Below are positions 46,682-56,068 of a stretch of 56,068 bases of DNA, piece by piece. Below the pieces are notes generated by a model, which searched no databases, was not told the DNA's origin, and saw only the letters and a program-made list of their open reading frames with translations. Source of the DNA: Nemertoderma westbladi. Taxonomy: Eukaryota > Animalia > Xenacoelomorpha. The translations under genes were made by a program, and so were the position numbers. The first letter of the stretch is position 1. Each line of letters starts with the position of its first letter. Location: positions 1-56,068 of the forward strand of contig JAUCBJ010005170.1 of NCBI GenBank assembly GCA_032718475.1, read 5' to 3'.

Positions 46682-49600
46682 ATGGATTACTGCGGAATGG
46701 TAGACACAATGGATAAAACTCTGCGAAAAAATAAGCAATCAGGAATATTATTAAAATTAAAAGAAAGGCAACTCCAACTCATTTCCGACAGAGATTTCTT
46801 CCCAGATCGATGCTTTGACTATTTCATGGTGGTCAGTTCTATCGATAAACACAATCCATTGGTAAAAGAATTCGATAAACGCCTTAAATCCTGCGGATTG
46901 ATTGGATGCACGGATGAAAGCGGATTTCCTTGTAATATTCATCGTTTCGATCGAATGGGTAAGTTTATACTTATATGTTCGAGTTTTACTCGTATACAGT
47001 ACGGAGTTCATTTAGTAGTTTAGTCTTTAATTTTTTCCCAAGAGATGTTTTGGATGTACTACGTTTGGTATTATTATCTATGCGTTCCAGAAAATGGCAC
47101 CGTGATATTTGAGAGATTTCTGAGTTTGTGCAAGTCGAGTCCGTTTGATATAGTTATTTTGAATTTTGGTTTGTAGTTGAGCGTATGTTGTGAGTGTGTA
47201 TAGCTGCTGAAACAGTGAGGTAATAAAAAGTTTTTTGTTATTGTGGATTTCCCACAATAAGGTTTTGCAGTTTCGAGAAAGTGTAGTTTTTCAATTGGAA
47301 GTATATTTAGTTGTCTGTAAAGTGGAGGTGCGTGTTCACGGTAGTGACTGAATGTAATTAATTGCTCTCAACAGTTTATTAATTTTCGTTTTAATAGGTT
47401 TAATGTGAGATGTTTTGGTGTTGCCCCAGATCACTCTCCCGTAGTTATTGTATGGTTATATCAATGAGCAGTAAAGTAGTTTTAGTATGTGTAATGGTAA
47501 AGTGTGTTGCAATTTGAAATATATATCTGATGATTTGGATATATTTTTAGGAGATAGACACAATGGCTTTTCCAAGTTAGTTGTTGATCTTTTCCTTGAA
47601 ATTTGGTACTGTTTACAATTTTAATAGGTTTATGTATTCATAGATGTATTCTTATATTGTAGTGCTCTATTGTTTTTTTTTGTTTGTAAAAAATATAAAC
47701 TCATCACTCAGTCTTTTTAGATTTAGTGATAGATTGTAAAGTTTAAACAATTAATATTTTCATTAGATATGGTGCTGAAGTATTGCACTCGAGTTATAAT
47801 AATCTTGTCGCGAAGTTACGCCCAGGATAGGTACGCGCAGGAGATGGGAAGACTGGCAAGGGATGAAATTCCAACCGCTGGCAGAGGAATAATTATAGTT
47901 GTGGAGATAGAACCTCTCGGAAACAGGTAGTGGTACAAAATCCATTTAAAGAATATCTATCAAAGTTTAACAGAACAGAAAAATCCCTCTGATTAATAAA
48001 ATAATAAATGTAATACGCTAAATATTAACATCATATAATACTCATTATATTTAGATATCCAAGCGAAATTAGAGGGTATTCCGCAGTCCGTTACTACAGC
48101 CCTGGCAGTGACATCCAAAAAATAACTCATACTGGCAGTATTCCGAAGCGTTACAGAATATGGAATGAGGAGAAATTAAGACGCGATCTGTACACAAACC
48201 AGAGCAACCTAATTGCAGTGGATAGAGAGATAGGTGGGTACCGGTATACCAGGGCAGACTGACTGCGGTGAATACAGAGATAGATATAGAGATTTATTTA
48301 TTTACTTTTAAACAAATTGACGTATTTTGTTGGATAATATATTTCACGTTTTTATTAACAAGTCTATAATAATATAATATAATATAATAATAATATTGTG
48401 ATTTTATTGACTCTATATATTTTTAAGTAAGCAGTATCAGGTACAACAATATCAATTTTTTACTAAATGTGCTATAATTATGTAGGCTATGTCATTTATG
48501 ATGAATATAAAACGATTATTATTATTATTATAGGTGTAACATCAGATCCAGTCTCTCTTAGATTATTACATTTGTCAGATTGTCTGATTTGTCAGTTAGG
48601 CTCTAGCCTACTAAAAAAACAAAATAAGGTTCAAACAAAAATAATAGTTTTAAAAAAAGTAGGGCTAGAGATTTGGATGTATCTTTTGTACTGTAATTAT
48701 TATAGTCCGGCATAGTAAATTTAGATAAATAGATAAACCAAGACTCATCTTTAGTCTCGTGGTGACATTCCTGGGCTTTCAGTAAGGAAGGCCTGGTTCG
48801 ATCCCTAGACGGGGCATCACTGTTTGCGTTTGGGCACTGTGCTTTAAATGTTGCAGCCTAGCCCAACCCTGGCTTTCATCCTTGAGAGGTCGCTAAAATG
48901 GAAATCAAGACAACTTGGGAAACAGTATGTATGGAAGGGTTTACTGTGGAAGATTACCCATGGTGGTGAACAGGCATTCCAGGCCTAACGAGCCTAAAAG
49001 ATTCTCCCATTCAAATAGATAATAATTAACTTCGTGAATACTTTTAATAATAATTACTTTTATATTTAAATTGATACCTTTTTGCTAATATAGGTTACCT
49101 TTTTCCCTAGGAAAAAAAGTAACTCATAGGATGATTGCATTGATAATATTTTTTTCTCGGCGCGGCGAAAAATTAAAATAAAATATTAAATTACTAATAA
49201 AGAAATTACTTAATAATTATTACATGTGTTGAAGAGCATCGAAGTAGAAAGGGTTTGCAGGTGATTTGAACAAAATCCATTGACACACTCTAAAGTTATT
49301 ATAACTTTAGTGTCTGCAAGGCGAACTCCAAAACGGAACTCAATATTTTATTTATGTATTTTTAAGCGGCTCTCTAGATTTACGTAATGAATATTCGAGA
49401 ATATTAAAAAATTATTTAACCTTCAGTAAGGCAGCATCATGGGGTTGAAGAGTACAGTAATTCAAAGCGCAGTAACTATGGAAGCAAGTAAAATACTGTG
49501 TACTGGTTTTAAATTTATTTTGTAAGTCAAAACTATTTAGTTCTACTTTTATTAAATTAAGGATAAAATTACGCATTACTTACTTACATGGTAAAAACCA

Positions 49601-49895
49601 ACATACCTCCAGAATAGTGAAAAAAGTTATACTTTCTACCCAAGTAATAAAAATTTAACAAATAAATATACGATTTTAAATTTCAGATAGATTAGAAAAG
49701 GAGCTTGGATGCGACAATGTGTCAATGAGTTTGGCAAGAAGAGTTTCGGAACGACAAACGACACAGAATATATACATAGTAAAGCCGCGGTGCGTACAGA
49801 TAGGTAATGGTAATACCTTTAATGAGATACACACTGATGATGTCTTAGATAATGACGATAGCTCAGCAGAATGCAGCAGCGAATCATCCAGTTAA
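46682..49895 (+). CDS. Four-exon TIR-domain + C-terminal RHIM protein, 274 aa (exons 46682-46958, 47767-47926, 48055-48233, 49687-49895)
   Basis: GT-AG introns with consistent phases (1,2,1) give one 825-nt open frame. TIR-like FDYFMVVSSID..LKSCGLIGCTDESGFP..CTRVIIILSRSYAQDRYAQE..IIIVVEI..YPSEIRGYSAVRY; RHIM-like NIYIVKPRCVQIGNGNTF. Confidence 0.78.
47030..47640 (-). mobile_element. Degraded L2/CR1-group LINE 3' fragment in intron 1 of the TIR gene
   Basis: Minus-strand translation HTLPLHILKLLYCSLI*PYNNYGRVIWGNT matches the post-RT LYxSLIxPYLxYGxxxWG block. Confidence 0.6.
48745..49020 (+). mobile_element. tRNA-derived SINE with Nin/Deu-like central domain
   Basis: Pol III A box TAGTCTCGTGG (48752-48762) and B box GGTTCGATCCC (48795-48805), then GCCCAACCCTGGCTTTCATCCTTGAGAGGTCGCTAAAATG resembling the Nin-domain core. 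Confidence 0.65.
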
Positions 49896-49912
49896 CATTA
49901 GTGAACACGTTC

Positions 49913-50186
49913 GTGGGGCCATCGCGCAGGACGAGGCTCAGTTATTAATTCTAAATCTAATTAACTGCTTGCCTTAGCTTCTCGAAGGCCACACGGAAAT
50001 TCAACTTGGAAAATTTCTAAACTTTGGCCAGACTACATGTGTACCAAGTTTGGTTAAATTTCATAACATTTGGCTGAGTTATTAACGTTTAAAATTGGAC
50101 ACAACAGAACGACAGAACAACAGACACACCGATTTAGTTAGTGGTACCTGTATGCTAAGCTCGCTTACTTTCGTCGCTCGCCCCAC
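49913..50186 (-). mobile_element. Non-autonomous repeat, inverted copy of the element at 50706-51522
   Basis: AAACTTTGGCCAGACTACATGTGTACCAAGTTTGGTTAAATTTCAT resembles the reverse complement of 50822-50867. GTGGGG...CCCCAC ends. Confidence 0.6.
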
Positions 50187-50705
50187 AAATCAATGTGCGA
50201 GAATATAAAACTATTGAATGAATAATAATAAAAAATAGCATTAATCTAAAAAACATTAATGTAGGAATATTATCTTCATAATTATAAAATATATAAATAT
50301 ACACATGTATATTTAATGAATTTTTAAACCAGTGTTTTAATCGGCGACTTATACATACATACATACTCAGCTCTTCTCTTTCGATACCAGCAGTAGTTTA
50401 TTTGATTTGACACCTGTTGCGCTGGTGGTGGTGGGGTTGACAATGGGATTTCTGTGATCTTCATCAGGAATTACATACGGTACCCAATTACAATGAACGT
50501 GTGGCTCTCCCTCTACCATGACGGTTCCATCGAACTGAGAACGACAAACCCCCGTATGTTCAGCATTGGGATTCCTGAGGAAATTATTGAAGCTTTCAGT
50601 TCAGTATATGAAACTATTGTTGATGGTGATACAAATCCACTCGAAATGTTAGGTGAGTTCTCCAGAGAGATAACACTTGCACGATTCTTGATAGTTGTTG
50701 ACTAT

Positions 50706-51522
50706 GTGGGGCGAGCCGCGAAGTGAGCGAAGCCTTAGCGTATGGGTGCCATTGGCGAGTTGTCTGCGTCGTCGTCGTCTGTTGTAAATCTTTGATCGCT
50801 AATTAACTCGGTTATTCCTTGATGAAATTAAACGAAACTTGGTACGTATGTAGTCCGGCTAAAGTTTATCAAAGAATCTGAAGTTTCGTCAAAAACGAAC
50901 GAACACAACGAGGCACAAGGGGAGGACGAGTATTGTGTTGAAGACTTCTGACTAACGGCAGACAACTCGTTAATGGTATCCATATGCTACGGGGGCGTTC
51001 ATAAATTATGTCACGCAATTTTTTCAGATTTTTAACCCCCCCTCCCCCCTCTGTCACAAAGTGTCACACAAGCTCGACCCCCCCCCCCCCCGCCCCGACA
51101 AAAAATATTTTATTATAATAATACACAATGTTTGTTATGCAAAAATACAATATAAATTCAATCACTATATCTACATTTTCCCACGGGCAAGTCAAGTGTT
51201 CTTATTCTATATTAATAACAGGTATTACAGTGTTGGAGTCAATGGATTCTATGTCCTACTCAATTTATCGATTATACTCAATGTTTGAGTTTATTGTTTT
51301 CCTTAAAGTTACCCATTCTACACATGTGTGAAAGTCAAAGCCAAGCTAACGTTAAAGCATAGAACATCGCCGTGACCGTCACAAAAGTCGACACCCCCCT
51401 CCCCCCTCTGTCACAAAATGTCACGCAAGCTCTAACCCCCCCCCCCCTCCCCCCCTAGTGCGTGACATACTTTATGAACGCCCCCTAAAGGCTTTGCTCA
51501 CTTCGTGCTACGCGAAGACCCC
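50706..51522 (+). mobile_element. Non-autonomous element with imperfect terminal inverted repeats, inserted in the RTE fragment
   Basis: Left GTGGGGCGAGCCGCGAAGTGAGCGAAGCCTTAGCGTATGGGTGCCATT. Right AATGGTATCCATATGCTA[MITE]AAGGCTTTGCTCACTTCG...CCCCAC. Confidence 0.55.
50991..51485. mobile_element. PIF/Harbinger-like MITE
   Basis: TIRs GGGGGCGTTCATAAA(T/G)TATGTCACGCA. Flanks TAC/TAA fit a mutated 3-bp TWA duplication. Confidence 0.7.
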
Positions 51523-52653
51523 ACGAACGTGTTCTTAATATGCATGTACTTAGACCACCATAATGAAGATAATGAGCTGGTAACACCCCCTACACTGGCT
51601 CCAGAAGTTTAGGAAATCCAGCAAAGTACCAAAATGATCTAGGTACTCTCAGATTAGAAACAGCACCTCAGCTCATTAGAACTACCAGATTCTAGTATTT
51701 TGGTCTTATTGTTAACTCCAAGAAGACCAAAATTTTGAGTTAGCTTCGACAGTCCTCAGGAAATGTCTGAATGTATGAGCATAAGCTCAAAGGATGGTAT
51801 GCTTGAGCATGTGGACGACTTCTGTTACCTGGGATCATGGATCCGGAAGTCAGGTGAGGACCTTCGAATACGTAAGCGCAAGGCTTGAGCAGCCTTGAAT
51901 GGGCTTTCCAGGATTTAGAAGTCACACAAAATACACCGGAACTTAAGGTTCGATTACTTAGAGCAGCAGTAGTTCCAGTACTCCTCTATGGGAGTCCATG
52001 CTGGGCTCTAACTGCTGAGGACACCAAATCTCTGGATGGCACTTTCACAAGAATGCTACGCCGGGTTCACTGTGTCAAGTACAATGCACACATCTCCAAC
52101 AAGACACTATGTAACATTGGAGGTGTACCATTGGTCCCCCCATGCTCGAGAACTTGAACACGGCCAGTTCCGCTTTGCAGGACATTGTTCTCGCGGTGAG
52201 GACCAGCCTGTGCACAATCTAGGGCTTTGGCAGCCCTAAGGAGAAAATAAGCATGGTGGACAGCCCATGCCTTTCTTATGAAGTCATAAGAATTAAACAC
52301 TATTTGGATTCCAATTCCAAAACATTTTATAAAATATTAAGAAGATGGGTCGAGACAATCTACGCAAATAGAGGGGGGAACCTAAAACTAATTCGCAATT
52401 CATTCGAACCAAATGATTTTTATTGCACATTACCTTGCTAATGCCTGTTTCGGTGTAACTCATATTATGGCCCATAAATTTGATAAAAACGGAAACGTCA
52501 AAATGTGCAGTATATACAGAAAATAAGCGAACATGCTTTTAATGTAGTATATAATATTACTTCAGTTACCAAATTATATATAAATACATCACAGGACCAT
52601 AGGCTGCACCTAAGGTACAATATGATCGATTGTTTTTAACTTATTCCACAAAG

Positions 52654-52659
52654 TTTATT
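52654..52659 (-). terminator. Candidate polyadenylation signal of PSMC6
   Basis: AATAAA on the minus strand about 55 nt after the stop codon. Confidence 0.5.
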
Positions 52660-52712
52660 GAAGAATAATGTTGTTATCGGTTGACGTTGTGTAGAAGTCG
52701 CTGTAGCTGATT

Positions 52713-52831
52713 CTATATCGGTTTGTATTCCAGTTTACTCTCCAACTTCTTATTATCTCCAACCTTCCGAACGGCCTTCATAAAGTCCTCTTGTGTCACG
52801 TAATCTCGTTCTAGTCTGATAGCAAACATAC
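52713..52831 (-). CDS. PSMC6: 26S proteasome AAA-ATPase Rpt4, last exon
   Basis: After acceptor TTTCTCTCTAG: (G)[38 protein letters not shown], matching the Rpt4/PSMC6 C-terminus. Confidence 0.95.
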
Positions 52832-52853
52832 CTAGAGAGAAATCGATTGAATT

Positions 52854-54288
52854 GGTGACCTGTGTTTTTTTTAATATGTAGAGATATTTGTGACCTGTTT
52901 TTTTAAATGTGTAGAGTTAGCTGTGACCTGTTTTTTTAAATGTGTAGAGTATTGCTGTGACCTGTTTTTTTTAATATGTCTAGAGATATTTTGTGACCTG
53001 TTTTTTTTAACACCTGTAGAGATATTTGTGATCTGTTTTAACATCTGTAGAGATATTTGTGATCTGTTTTAACATCTGTAGAGATATTTGTGATCTGTTT
53101 TAACATCTGTAGAGATATTTGTGATCTGTTTTAACATCTGTAGAGGTATTTTGTGACCTGTTTTAACATCTGTAGAGATATTTGTGATCTGTTTTAACAT
53201 CTGTAGAGATATTTTGTGACCTGTTTTAACACCTGTACAGATATTTGTGATCTGTTTTAACATCTGTAGAGATATTTGTGATCTGTTTTAACATCTGTAG
53301 AGATATTTGTGATCTGTTTTAACATCTGTAGAGATATTTTGTGACCTGTTTTAACATCTGTAGAGATATTTGTGATCTGTTTTAACATCTGTAGAGACAT
53401 TTGTGACCTGTTTTAACATCTGTAGAGATATTTGCGATCTGTTTTATCATCTGTAGAGATATTTGTGATCTGTTTTAACATCTGTAGAGATATTTTGTGA
53501 CCTGTTTTAACATCTGTAGAGATATTTGTGATCTGTTTTAACATCTGTAGAGATATTTTGTGATCTGTTTTAACATCTGTAGAGATATTTGTGATCTGTT
53601 TTAACATCTGTAGAGATATTTGTGATCTGTTTTAACATCTGTAGAGATATTTGTGATCTGTTTTAACATATGTAAAGAAATTTTGTGACCTGTTTTAACA
53701 TCTGTACAGATATTTGTGATCTGTTTTAACATTTGTAGAGACATTTGTGACCTGTTTTAACATCTGTAGAGATATTTGTGATCTGTTTTATCATCTGTAG
53801 AGATATTTGTGATCAGTTTTAATATTTGTAGAGATATTTTGTGACCTGTTTTAACATCTGTAGAGATATTTGTGATCTGTTTTAACATCTGTAGAGATAT
53901 TTTGTGACCTGTTTTAACATCTGTAGAGATATTTGTGATCTGTTTTAACATCTGTAGAGATATTTTGTGACCTGTTTTTTAAAATGGGTAGAGATATTTT
54001 GTGACCTGTTTTTTTTTAAATGTGTCGAGAAATTTTGTGACCTGTTTTTTTTAAATGTGTCGAGATATTTGTGACCGGTTTTAACAACTGTAGAGATATT
54101 TTGTGACCTGTTTTAACATCTGTAGAGATATTTGTGATCTGTTTTAACATCTGTAGAGATATTTTGTGACCTGTTTTAACATCTGTAGAGATATTTTGTG
54201 ACCTGTTTTAACACCTGTAGAGATATTTGAGATCTGTTTTAACATCTGTAGAGATATTTGAGATCTGTTTTTTTTAACTTCTGTATAA
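52854..54288. repeat. 31/32-bp minisatellite, about 45 copies, filling the last PSMC6 intron
   Basis: Unit TGTAGAGATATTT(T)GTGA(T/C)CTGTTTTAACATC. Confidence 0.96.
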
Positions 54289-54333
54289 ATATTTTATTTA
54301 TTCAAATATGATTTATAATTATTAGTAACTCAC

Positions 54334-54486
54334 CGGCTTCGGTACAAACATTGCGAAGATCCGCGCCGTTAAACCCGTCTGACAGTTTAACCACGGCCTC
54401 GTAGTCCATCTCATCGCGCTTCGAGAGTTTCACAGCGTGGATTTTTAGAACTTCCAGTCGCCCCTGCTCGTTGGGTAATTCAATCT
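54334..54486 (-). CDS. PSMC6: 26S proteasome AAA-ATPase Rpt4, penultimate exon
   Basis: AG acceptor and GTGAGT donor, phase 1-1. Translation [52 protein letters not shown]. Confidence 0.95.
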
Positions 54487-54541
54487 CTATGGAAACATCA
54501 TTTATTTATAAGAACTTCCAGTTTATTTGGAAACTCTGTAT

Positions 54542-56068
54542 CTGTGGGTTGTGTTGGGTTATCTGATCTATGGGGTGGGTGGGGGTGGGTGGAGTTGGAG
54601 TCAGGGCGGGACGGGATGCTGTGGGTTGTGTTGGGAGGGGGTGGGTGGAGTTGGAGCGAGGGCAGGGCGGGATGCTGTGGGTTGTGTTGGGAGGGGGTGG
54701 GTGGAGTTGGAGCGAGGGCGGGACGGGATGCTGTGGGTTGTGTTGGGAGGGGGTGGGTGGAGTTGGAGCCAGGGCGGGGCGGGATGCTGTGGGTTGTGTT
54801 GGGAGGGGGTGGGTGGAGTTGGAGCGAGGGCGGGACGGGATGCTGTGGGTTGTGTTGGGAGGGGGTGGGTGGAGTTGGAGCGAGGGCGGGACGGGATGCT
54901 GTGGGTTGTGTTGGGAGGGGGTGGGTGGAGTTGGAGCACGGGCAGGGCGGGATGCTGTGGGTTGTGTTGGAGGGGGTGGGTGGAGTTGGAGCGAGGGCGG
55001 GACGGGATGCTGTGGGTTGTGTTGGGAGGGGGTGGGTGGAGTTGGAGCACGGGCAGGGCGGGATGCTGTGGGTTGTGTTGGAGGGGGTGGGTGGAGTTGG
55101 AGCGAGGGCGGGACGGGATGCTGTGGGTTGTGTTGGGAGGGGGTGGGTGGAGTTGGAGCACGGGCAGGGCGGGATGCTGTGGGTTGTGTTGGGAGGGGGT
55201 GGGTGGAGTTGGAGCGAGGGCGGGACGGGATGCTGTGGGTTGTGTTGGGTGGGGGTGGGTGGAGTTGGAGCCAGGGCGGGACGGGATGCTGTGGGTTGTG
55301 TTGGGAGGGGGTGGGTGGAGTTGGAGCGAGGGCGGGACGGGATGCTGTGGGTTGTGTTGGGAGGGGGTGGGTGGAGTTGGAGCGAGGGCGGGACGGGATG
55401 CTGTGGGTTGTGTTGGGAGGGGGTGGGTGGAGTTGGAGCAGGGCGGGACGGGATGCTGTGGGTTGTGTTGGGAGGGGGTGGGTGGAGTTGGAGCAGGGGG
55501 GCGGATGCTGTGGGTTGTGGGAGGGGGTGGGTGGAGTTGGAGCAGGGCGGGACGGGATGCTGTGGGTTGTGTTGGGAGGGGGTGGGTGGAGTTGGAGCAG
55601 GGCGGGACGGGATGCTGTGGGTTGTGTTGGGAGGGGGTGGGTGGAGTTGGAGCGAGGGCGGGACGGGATGCTGTGGGTTGTGTTGGGAGGGGGTGGGTGG
55701 AGTTGGAGCAGGGCGGGACGGGATGCTGTGGGTTGTGTTGGGAGGGGGTGGGTGGAGTTGGAGCTAGGGCGGGACGGGATGCTGTGGGTTGTGTTGGGAG
55801 GGGGTGGGTGGAGTTGGAGCGAGGGCGGGACGGGATGCTGTGGGTTGTGTTGGGAGGGGGTGGGTGGAGTTGGAGCGAGGGCGGGACGGGATGCTGTGGG
55901 TTGTGTTGGGAGGGGGTGGGTGGAGTTGGAGCGAGGGCGGGACGGGATGCTGTGGGTTGTGTTGGGAGGGGGTGGGTGGAGTTGGAGCCAGGGCGGGCGG
56001 GATGCTGTGGGTTGTGTTGGGAGGGGGTGGGTGGAGTTGGAGCGAGGGCGGGACGGGATGCTGTGGGT
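54542..56068. repeat. 56-bp G-rich minisatellite, about 27 copies, in a PSMC6 intron (runs off the window)
   Basis: Unit GGGCGGGACGGGATGCTGTGGGTTGTGTTGGGAGGGGGTGGGTGGAGTTGGAGCGA. Confidence 0.96.

Larger units (their letters stand above)
50540..52275 (+). mobile_element. RTE-clade LINE fragment interrupted by nested DNA elements
   Basis: ETIVDGDTNPLEML...LIVVDYV before 50706, resuming near 51530, then LKVRLLRAAVVPVLLYGSPCWALT and FAGHCSRGEDQPV. Confidence 0.8.

Noticed and set aside
46959-47023. C-terminal GKFILICSSFTRIQYGVHLVV of the 113-aa ORF
   Set aside because: Read-through into intron 1 past a consensus GTAAGT donor.
48752-48815. Functional tRNA gene
   Set aside because: A and B boxes are present but the cloverleaf stems are broken and it continues into a SINE body.
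49834-49866. Hammerhead-like CTGATGA-TGTC...GAC-GATAGCTC
   Set aside because: GATA instead of GAAA, no stem I pairing, and it lies in the coding frame of the RHIM exon (TDDVLDNDDSS).
53069-53951. Three similar 64-aa ORFs
   Set aside because: Products of the 31-bp intronic satellite.
54544-55767. 407-aa Gly/Trp/Cys-rich ORF and its antisense partner
   Set aside because: Translation of a stop-poor 56-bp satellite inside a PSMC6 intron.

Overview
AT-rich, repeat-dense eukaryotic (animal, most likely invertebrate) genomic DNA, with no sign of prokaryotic organisation. Host genes: an intronless MDP-1-type HAD phosphatase (2017-2616, -); two intronless type II membrane, mucin-stalk, fibrinogen-domain (FReD) paralogues (4416-6257 intact; 37658-38755 with one in-frame TAG); a four-exon gene missed by the ORF track (46682-49895) encoding a 274-aa TIR-domain protein with a C-terminal RHIM; and the last two exons of PSMC6/Rpt4 (-), whose introns are filled with minisatellites. 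Mobile DNA dominates. It includes a young 17.6-kb BEL/Pao LTR retrotransposon (7907-25513, CAGGG target duplication) with a 4.7-kb extra 3' region encoding an intact 591-aa zinc-knuckle protein, and a decayed Gypsy element (28907-33334). There are also RTE and L2/CR1 LINE fragments, an IS3EU-like foldback element, a Harbinger-like MITE, a tRNA/Nin-like SINE and several satellites. The best candidates for new biology are the TIR-RHIM adaptor and the cargo-bearing giant BEL/Pao element. All alignments were done by eye and no database search was run.
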